A program made the translations under genes and the position numbers. Below, one piece after another: positions 57,271-64,000 of a stretch of 64,000 nucleotides of DNA; within the stretch, counting starts at the first letter, position 1; every line of letters begins with the position of its first letter. The DNA lies in the NCBI GenBank assembly GCA_964543035.1, contig CAZIVL010000001.1, positions 303,736 through 367,735 on the forward strand. Direction: 5' to 3'. The notes beneath the pieces were generated by a model that had not been told where the DNA came from, searched no databases, and saw only the letters and a program-made list of their open reading frames with translations. The DNA is from an uncultured Gammaproteobacteria bacterium (GTDB taxonomy: Bacteria; Patescibacteriota; Microgenomatia; CAZETR01; Amesbacteraceae).

Positions 57271-59790
57271 CTAAATCTGGTTTTGGATCTCCTCTTCGAT
57301 GTTGTCTTGAATAAGTCTGAGATCTGGGGCAAAGGTGGGAAACGCTTTAATTGAGACCTGAATAGTTTTTAGAAGTGCTACAGCGATTTCTTTATATTTT
57401 GGTTTGTGCCTATTTTTCTCAAGTGACACAACGAGTGATTTAATTATTTTTATATCAGCGATCAAAAGCGCTTTCTTTGCCGGTTTTAGATCGGATTTCA
57501 AAATCTTGGAATACAGTGCATCTAATCTTCTTCTTGCTTCAGAGAGAGGATCCATTCCCAGGTCAGTTTTATTTGGGTCAAGCTTTGTCACATATTCCAC
57601 TTGCTTACCTGCGTTTGTAAATGTGCCAGGTATTTCCTGCCAGGAAGAATCAGTATCAGTCAGTTTCCCGATTATAAGTGAATAGTTTCCCGCCGCAGTC
57701 GAAGTAAGCTTTATTTTGTAGTCTCCTACAGTTGGCTCATATATAACTAACAAATTATCCTCAGGAGAATAGTTTTGTCCTCCTGGGCCCGTCACTACAA
57801 ATGTCGCGGGCGAAGCAATGCTTACAACCAATGCTGAGTCTTGTCCAGGATCTACGTCACCAAAGAACGTATCTGATATTCCCAGAGTCTCCAATACGAC
57901 GTCAATATTTTCACCGTCCAATAGGTTTGAGTGTTTTGAATCACTGTGGAAGTATAAGCTGGCATTCACTTGAGAGCTTAAAACAGTAACTGTATCGTCA
58001 CCTGGGGCAAAAATGTTTGCCGCAGGTTTCCCATCTACCCACTTACCCAAAAGTAAATCGACCGCATCGCGGGTTACATATGTGTACTCTGACAGAGTAT
58101 CGAAGCCTGATCCAAAAATCGTTTTTTCATTTTCATAACCATTCTGTGGTAGGTAAGTATTTTTGTAAGTCATACTCGCCACATTCTTATAATCACCAGC
58201 TTGGTTTTTCAAAAAATTGTAAGTGGGAAACACATCTGTTAGAGATGGGATCAATGACTGAACTGTAGCTACCGAAGTGTCAAACAAGTCTCTATTTGCA
58301 TTTACATACAGCTCCATCGCAATCCGTTCTGGTAGATTAAGTACTGAAAAATCGGCTCCTTCCCAGAGTCTATAAGTACTAGCACTTCCCAGATGTGGGC
58401 TTCCAGCAATTATTAATTTATCAAACAGATCAGGGTTAGAAATTGCTGCTCCTCTGGCAATTAGCCCTCCCATGCTATGCCCTATCACGTCATATTTGTC
58501 ACTCCCCAATTCTTCTAAAAAGTTTTCAAAAGCAGACACATTCTCATTTATATTTTTCCTCCAATCATAGTTGTATACATGTAGGTCATAACTCGAAAGA
58601 GAATCCAAAAGATTGTCGTATACTTTTACAAATGGGTTCAGAGACCAATTTTCATTTGGGACGGGCTGGTTATGCATAATCGCATCATAGTTCCAAGAAG
58701 CACCCATACCAGGTACAAACACGATCGGATCAGGACCAGTAGTCGGAGTGGGTGTCGGAAAAACAGTTGGAGTTACAGTGGGCAGGAGAGAAAATGTAGG
58801 AGTGGGTTCTGGCGTTCCAAGTATGGGTGCATACACAACATTTGAGAGATAACTACTCGGAGGACTAAAACCACCCAATATATACAAAAAGCTATCCGAG
58901 GCGTTCATAGTTCCACAGCACCAGTTGCCCATTTGAGTTACCACACCATTGCTTGTCCATGTACTTACGCTACCGTCAGGGAAAATTTCAGCCTGATACA
59001 AAGCTCCTCCCATAAATACAAAAACCTGATTTCCGATCCTTACAGCTGCTCCCCGGTCAAACGCTGGAACATCTGGCTGTGCAACAGGGGACGTCAGCCT
59101 GCCGTCTCCATATATTTCAAATCTGTATACCTTTTGTGTCTGGGCATATCCTCCAATACTATAGATACTTCCACTTCTCTCGATTAGACTCACCCCAGCA
59201 GTTCCGACGGGAAATTGACCAGCAATAAACCAGGGTTCAAGTGTGCCGTCCGCCAATATCTTTGCACCATAAATTTTGTCACTAACTTGGTTAGAGTTAT
59301 TTACCCCACCTCCGTAATACAAGTAATCCCCCGCAACCACAGCCCCACCCAATGCAAGTGGTACTGGTAATGGTTGAACCGGATCCCAAACATTTCCACT
59401 AGAATCCGATTTATAAACATCAGAAATTTTTGAATAAATACCATTAATACCATCCAAAAATCCACCAACAACATATCGAAAATTCTCGTTATATGCAGAT
59501 GAATGCCAAATTAATGCTTTGGAAAATGTACCAACATTGGTCCAGGAAGTTAAACTACCATCAAAAAGAATGTTTGAAGACTCAATATCGACTATCGAGC
59601 ACCCTGTACATTTAGAGCCACCAATAATATTGAGTATGCCATTTGAATAGAAACTTACCTGACTTGCTCTCTGGGTAATTGGTTCAGTTAAATCAAATGT
59701 TCCAATGCTTACTGCGGCATAAGTCTTAATAGGAGTAACTTGTGTAGCCAAGAAGAAAACTATCAAACCTAGAATAACTCCAACCCTCAT
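57271..59790 (-). CDS. Secreted multidomain protein: Kelch-type propeller + Pro/Thr linker + alpha/beta hydrolase (LCAT/PGAP1-like lipase)
   Basis: Signal peptide; repeated YxxGG Kelch motifs; PEPTPT linker; VPGMGAS, YDWR, GHSMGG, GSPHLGS, GDDTV, HSNL; start ATG 59790. Confidence 0.82.
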   Translation of the reverse strand: MRVGVILGLIVFFLATQVTPIKTYAAVSIGTFDLTEPITQRASQVSFYSNGILNIIGGSKCTGCSIVDIESSNILFDGSLTSWTNVGTFSKALIWHSSAYNENFRYVVGGFLDGINGIYSKISDVYKSDSSGNVWDPVQPLPVPLALGGAVVAGDYLYYGGGVNNSNQVSDKIYGAKILADGTLEPWFIAGQFPVGTAGVSLIERSGSIYSIGGYAQTQKVYRFEIYGDGRLTSPVAQPDVPAFDRGAAVRIGNQVFVFMGGALYQAEIFPDGSVSTWTSNGVVTQMGNWCCGTMNASDSFLYILGGFSPPSSYLSNVVYAPILGTPEPTPTFSLLPTVTPTVFPTPTPTTGPDPIVFVPGMGASWNYDAIMHNQPVPNENWSLNPFVKVYDNLLDSLSSYDLHVYNYDWRKNINENVSAFENFLEELGSDKYDVIGHSMGGLIARGAAISNPDLFDKLIIAGSPHLGSASTYRLWEGADFSVLNLPERIAMELYVNANRDLFDTSVATVQSLIPSLTDVFPTYNFLKNQAGDYKNVASMTYKNTYLPQNGYENEKTIFGSGFDTLSEYTYVTRDAVDLLLGKWVDGKPAANIFAPGDDTVTVLSSQVNASLYFHSDSKHSNLLDGENIDVVLETLGISDTFFGDVDPGQDSALVVSIASPATFVVTGPGGQNYSPEDNLLVIYEPTVGDYKIKLTSTAAGNYSLIIGKLTDTDSSWQEIPGTFTNAGKQVEYVTKLDPNKTDLGMDPLSEARRRLDALYSKILKSDLKPAKKALLIADIKIIKSLVVSLEKNRHKPKYKEIAVALLKTIQVSIKAFPTFAPDLRLIQDNIEEEIQNQI

Positions 59791-59797
59791 CACATTA

Positions 59798-59826
59798 AAT
59801 TTAGACAGTTGTTCAAATGTAGTCAA
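59798..59826 (-). promoter_or_regulatory. Promoter for Kelch-lipase gene (leaderless geometry)
   Basis: TTGACT-17 nt-TAAATT-7 nt-ATG. Confidence 0.7.
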
Positions 59827-59849
59827 TAGCTCGGTGATAAAATCAATTT

Positions 59850-60590
59850 ATGAGAATTTCTAAACAATACGACTTGTTTCACATTAACAGTAAAAAGCCA
59901 AAAAAAACCATAGACTCTAATGACTACACATATAGAAAAATAATTTTCAACATTATGTCCTGCATTAACAAGAAAAACACCCTACTGGATTATGGATGCG
60001 GAGTAGGCAGTTTAACTTACTATTTCAGTAAATTTTTTAATGAGTCTATTGGAGTTGATGTATCGGAAAAAGCAATACAAATTGCTAATCAGTCGATCGA
60101 AAATGTTAAAAGTTTAAACAATGTTGTTAAATTTTTTACTCTTAAAAACTTTGACAATAAAACACACACAAACAGATTTGACCTGATAATATGCAGCGAA
60201 GTAATTGAGCATGTAAAAGATGATAAAGAACTAATTAAAAAAATGTTTAGATATTCACGAAAAAAAGGCATATTGTTTTTATCAACCCCTAGTTTAAATG
60301 CTCCCTTATACAGATTGGGGCTTTTAAAGAATTTTGATGTAAGGGTGGGACATTTAAGAAGATATTCTGTCGATAACCTAGTTAAATTAGTTGAGCATGA
60401 AGGGTTTGTTGTTAAGAAAGTAATAAAAACAGAAGGAATTTTAAGAAACTCTCTTTACACTTTAAAGCCACTTGGATTTATTGTCAGATTTATAAAAGGA
60501 CCTCTGGTAACAATGTTTTCTATTCTAGACGACTATTTAGTTGTGTTATTTGGAGAATCCGACATTCAAGTAATTGCACAAAAACCATGA
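59850..60590 (+). CDS. Class I SAM-dependent methyltransferase (AT-rich)
   Basis: LDYGCGVG, SEVIEHV, GHLRRY. Confidence 0.9.
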   Translation: MRISKQYDLFHINSKKPKKTIDSNDYTYRKIIFNIMSCINKKNTLLDYGCGVGSLTYYFSKFFNESIGVDVSEKAIQIANQSIENVKSLNNVVKFFTLKNFDNKTHTNRFDLIICSEVIEHVKDDKELIKKMFRYSRKKGILFLSTPSLNAPLYRLGLLKNFDVRVGHLRRYSVDNLVKLVEHEGFVVKKVIKTEGILRNSLYTLKPLGFIVRFIKGPLVTMFSILDDYLVVLFGESDIQVIAQKP

Positions 60591-61546
60591 AAATTGTTTT
60601 TATTACCCCTAGTTACAAACCAAATATTGGAGGGGTAGAGAAGCATGTGGAGGGGATTACAAAAATTCTCTCTAAAGATCATGATGTAACTATTATCACC
60701 GAGCAGACACAAGAAGATTTAAAAGACAAAAATGTCATCCAGGTTCCGACCTTGGGTGTATCACTGAGGAGTAAGAAGTGGGTAATTTGGAAATGGATTT
60801 TTGAAAATCAAAAGACGCTAGATAATGCAGATATCATCCATGTTCACGATGTCATGTACTGGTTGTATCCTTACAAACTGTTGCACCCATTTAAAAAAAT
60901 ATTTATCACCTTTCATGGCTGGGAGGGGATTTACCCCATTCCTTTAAAAAATATAGTACTTCACAAAATTAACGAGTTTTTAGCTACGGCAAACATCTGT
61001 GTGGGAGATTTTATTTGTAAGTGGTACTACACACACGCAGACCAGATTACATATGGTGCGACGAGCAGCCATAAACATCCCCAAAAATCTTCCGCTACTC
61101 CCAAATTACTTTTTTTGGGCAGACTTGCAGAAGATTCGGGATTTCGTGAGTGCATAGATCTGTATGAACTGCACAAAAAAGATCTGAAGTGGAAATTGAT
61201 TGTGGCGGGTGATGGTCCGCTCAAAAGACTGATACCAAAAGAAGCGGTCTCTCTAGGATTTATCTCACACCCCGAAAAGTATATTTCAGATGCGGACTAT
61301 GTCTATGCCTCAGGATATCTCGCCATACTAGAGTCACTGGTCCAAAAAAAGATTGTTTTAGCCAGCTACGCCAATCCAGTAAAAAAAGATTATCTGACCA
61401 TGCATCCGGCGGCCAGATTTTTGAGCCTCAACGGGCAAATTACAAGCAGTCAATCTGAAGAAGCATATAATTGGGCTAAGGCCCAAACTTGGGAAAAGCT
61501 AGTATCTCAGTATCTATATATATGGCAAGACAAAAAGTCTCAGTAA
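60587..61546 (+). CDS. GT4 family glycosyltransferase
   Basis: IGGVEKH, TFHGWE, LGRL, AGDGP, TWEK. Confidence 0.85.
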   Translation: MKIVFITPSYKPNIGGVEKHVEGITKILSKDHDVTIITEQTQEDLKDKNVIQVPTLGVSLRSKKWVIWKWIFENQKTLDNADIIHVHDVMYWLYPYKLLHPFKKIFITFHGWEGIYPIPLKNIVLHKINEFLATANICVGDFICKWYYTHADQITYGATSSHKHPQKSSATPKLLFLGRLAEDSGFRECIDLYELHKKDLKWKLIVAGDGPLKRLIPKEAVSLGFISHPEKYISDADYVYASGYLAILESLVQKKIVLASYANPVKKDYLTMHPAARFLSLNGQITSSQSEEAYNWAKAQTWEKLVSQYLYIWQDKKSQ

Positions 61547-62472
61547 TCCTTACTGTTCTCAATGAGGTTGGTTTGGTGGGTCAAACTGTAGATGCATTAC
61601 TTCATCAGACAAAAAAACCTGATGAAATAATTGTAGTCGATGGAGGATCTACCGATGGGACATGGGAATTTCTTGCAAAACAAAAGAATATTCGAGTCTT
61701 CAAGTACCCCAGCAACAGATCCCTTGGCAGAAATTACGCCATATCAAAAGCCCGCTATCCCTTAATTGCTATTACCGACATCGGCTGTATCCCAGAATCT
61801 GACTGGTTAGAAGAGCTTACAAAACCATTCGTTGCCAAAGATACTCAAGTGGTCAGTGGGTTTTACAAAGGTCTATACAAAACAATTTTTGAAAAAAGTC
61901 TAATTCCTTATGTTCTTGTCATGCCAGACAAAGCAGGCGCTACCGAATTCTTTCCAGCGACCAGGTCTATGGCTATCACAAAATCACTGTTTGAAAAAGT
62001 TGGAGGCTTTGATCCGGATCTAAATTATAGTGAAGACTACAGTTTGGCTCACAGACTAAAAAGTATGGGAATAAGTTTTGTCTTTGCAAAAAAGGCTGTA
62101 GTATCTTGGGTCCCCAGATCTACTCTTAAAGAGGCGTTTTGGATGTTTCTCTTTTTTGCGATCGGTGACATCAAAGCCGGAATTATCAGACCCAAGGTGC
62201 GCATACTTTTCATTCGCTACTTTGTCTTTTTCTTTATATTCTCTTTGCTGCTGGAGCTAAATACTTTATACATAATACATTATACGTTATACGCATTTGT
62301 AATTTATTGTTTGTGGGCTGTTGCAAAAAATTATCGCTACGTGCGTGACCTACGTGCCTTCTTCTGGTTGCCGGTGCTACAATTGACAGCAGACATATCC
62401 GTCCTTTTTGGATCATTGATTGGAATGTTGTCAAAAAAATGGGTTACACAGTCGCAGCAGCCAAAGGTCTGA
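61522..62472 (+). CDS. GT2 family glycosyltransferase with C-terminal TM
   Basis: TVLNE, DGGSTDGT, GRN, GGFD, SEDY; start ATG 61522. Confidence 0.9.
   Translation: MARQKVSVILTVLNEVGLVGQTVDALLHQTKKPDEIIVVDGGSTDGTWEFLAKQKNIRVFKYPSNRSLGRNYAISKARYPLIAITDIGCIPESDWLEELTKPFVAKDTQVVSGFYKGLYKTIFEKSLIPYVLVMPDKAGATEFFPATRSMAITKSLFEKVGGFDPDLNYSEDYSLAHRLKSMGISFVFAKKAVVSWVPRSTLKEAFWMFLFFAIGDIKAGIIRPKVRILFIRYFVFFFIFSLLLELNTLYIIHYTLYAFVIYCLWAVAKNYRYVRDLRAFFWLPVLQLTADISVLFGSLIGMLSKKWVTQSQQPKV
62261..62295 (+). repeat. Intragenic heptamer array (ATACnnn)x5
   Basis: ATACTTT ATACATA ATACATT ATACGTT ATACGCA. Confidence 0.85.
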
Positions 62473-63659
62473 CTTGGGTCGGAGCTATCCGGGGTCTTAC
62501 TCGGAGTTTGAGCTTTGTTAGGATTGCCATTCTGGCTCGCATACTTACTCCAGGTCAAATGGGCAATTTTGCAGTGGCCACCATGGTCTTGGGGTTTTTG
62601 GAGATTTTTACCGAGACGGGGATCAATGTCTTTTTGATCCAGGAGTCCAAAAAGCTCGAAGATTATGTAGACACCGCCTGGCTAGTCTCAATAGTGAGGG
62701 GTTCACTTATCGCTTTTTTGATTTTGCTCGCCTCTGAGTCTGTGGCCAGCTTTTTTGCCTCTCCCGAAGCCTTGACTCTCATTCGCTTAACGGCCCTTAT
62801 CCCTTTTGTGCGTGGGTTTATAAACCCAAGTATAGTCAGACTCCAAAAAGATTTGTTGTTTGACAAAGAATTTTTTTTACGCACCGGCGTTTTGCTTTTT
62901 GACGCATTTGTATCCATATCATTATCCGTGATACTTAGATCCCCAGTGGGCTTGATCTGGGGCATGATCATGGGAGCTGCTCTCGAGGTAATGTTATCCC
63001 AATTTCTCATCGGCCCCAGGCCAAAATGGCATCTAGATTTAAAAAAAGTGCATCAGATAATAAATCGGGGTCGCTGGATGACAGCCGCAGGCGTTTTCAA
63101 TTACTTCTTTCACAACGGTGACAACATCGTGGTCGGAAGACTCATAAATACCACCAAGCTAGGTATCTATCAAATGGCTTATTCTATTTCTATCATGCCC
63201 ATTACCGAAGTGGCCGACACTTTTGGTCGGGTCACGTTTCCAGTCTTTTCGAAGTTAGAAGGGGATCGCAAGAGATTATTTAGAGCCTTTATTAGGGTTA
63301 CTTTGGGCATCACACTTCTTGTTACCCCATTGTGCTTAGTTCTAATATTTTTCCCAGTGCCACTTATCAGATTGTTTTTGGGTGACAAATGGCTCGAGGT
63401 GGCCACATTGCTGCCGGTTCTCGCTGCATTTGGAGGAATTCGGGCCATTTCAGGATCCACATCTTCACTATTTTTGTCAGTAAAAAAACAAGAATATGTC
63501 ACTGCAGTTACATTTTTTAGCTTACTCGGATTGGCAGTTACTATCATCCCTCTAGTCTCCCGCTATGGTATACTCGGGGCCGCTTATTCAGCCTTAATTG
63601 GCTCCCTAGCGGCTGTCCCCGTGATACTCATTTGTCTCTGGAAAACATTTTCCAAATGA
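62439..63659 (+). CDS. Wzx flippase (WzxC-like)
   Basis: LARILTP..G, ETG...LIQ, DNIVVGR...LGIY..AY, FPVFSK. Confidence 0.88.
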   Translation: MGYTVAAAKGLTWVGAIRGLTRSLSFVRIAILARILTPGQMGNFAVATMVLGFLEIFTETGINVFLIQESKKLEDYVDTAWLVSIVRGSLIAFLILLASESVASFFASPEALTLIRLTALIPFVRGFINPSIVRLQKDLLFDKEFFLRTGVLLFDAFVSISLSVILRSPVGLIWGMIMGAALEVMLSQFLIGPRPKWHLDLKKVHQIINRGRWMTAAGVFNYFFHNGDNIVVGRLINTTKLGIYQMAYSISIMPITEVADTFGRVTFPVFSKLEGDRKRLFRAFIRVTLGITLLVTPLCLVLIFFPVPLIRLFLGDKWLEVATLLPVLAAFGGIRAISGSTSSLFLSVKKQEYVTAVTFFSLLGLAVTIIPLVSRYGILGAAYSALIGSLAAVPVILICLWKTFSK

Positions 63660-64000
63660 AACAACTCCCCGACTCAGTTCTGACGTATTTACTCTCCTTT
63701 TCCTGGGCCGTTCCTTCAGACATAATTCTCAGATCGTGTGAAGCCATAGTCTGGTCGACTCACAGATTTGTCGGACCTGTTTTGGATATTGGCTGTGGAG
63801 AGGGCAATATTGGAGAGGTAGTTTTTTGGAATCAGGGTCAGATAGACATAGGTATGGATTTGGATCCAGAGGGGATCCAAAGGGCTACCGGCAGTTCCAA
63901 GTACAAAAAATTGATAGTAGGGGATGCCAGAAAGATCCCCCTGCCTTCATCTTCGGTAAAAACAGTTGTCAGCAACAGCACTTTCGAACACATAGAGGAG
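63656..64000 (+). CDS. Class I SAM-dependent methyltransferase (truncated by window end)
   Basis: ATG 63656; LDIGCGEG, GDARKIP, SNSTFEHI; open to window end. Confidence 0.85.
   Translation, partial: MKQLPDSVLTYLLSFSWAVPSDIILRSCEAIVWSTHRFVGPVLDIGCGEGNIGEVVFWNQGQIDIGMDLDPEGIQRATGSSKYKKLIVGDARKIPLPSSSVKTVVSNSTFEHIEE

Noticed and set aside
58727-58819. Repetitive DNA in the Kelch-lipase gene
   Set aside because: Ordinary Pro/Thr linker codons.
57185-64000. Integrative element at tRNA-Val
   Set aside because: No integrase and no duplicated tRNA 3' end seen in the window.
1-64000. Alternative genetic code, recoding or frameshifted pseudogenes
   Set aside because: TGA acts as a stop, TGG encodes Trp, and recognised genes appear full length; overlaps look like translational coupling.

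Overview
Bacterial chromosomal segment with the hallmarks of a Patescibacteria/CPR (Microgenomates-like) genome. This is inferred from the tightly overlapping genes, near absence of Shine-Dalgarno motifs, a DUF4012 protein, alpha2-type GlyRS, type-2 IleRS and a reduced dcw cluster. Positions 1-36 kb form a very large surface-glycan locus: many GT2/GT4 enzymes, six GT-C-type membrane glycosyltransferases, an O-antigen-ligase-like protein, Wzx, SAM methyltransferases, an acyltransferase, an AsnB-like amidotransferase, a ManC-like enzyme, a priming phosphoglycosyl transferase, and an out-of-place argF. Positions 36-57 kb carry housekeeping genes: recO, glyQS, mraZ-rsmH-ftsL-ftsI-dgkA-mraY-ftsW-(ABC-2 permeases)-murG-ftsA-ftsZ, ileS, rodA, rplU, rpmA, parB, lepB and tRNA-Val(CAC). 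Positions 57-64 kb hold a secreted Kelch+lipase protein and the start of a second glycan locus. Most notable: (1) two miniaturised T-box riboswitches, a glyQS leader lacking both the Stem I apical platform and Stem II, and an ileS leader whose alternative hairpin pairs the AUG itself and whose Stem II tip carries a REP-like insert; (2) a dispersed REP-like hairpin family; (3) short 7-nt tandem arrays inside many unrelated genes; (4) an MraY with its catalytic motifs substituted; (5) an IleRS with non-canonical AIHH/PMHKS motifs; (6) widespread apparent leaderless promoters. All calls are from reading the sequence by eye; no database searches were run.
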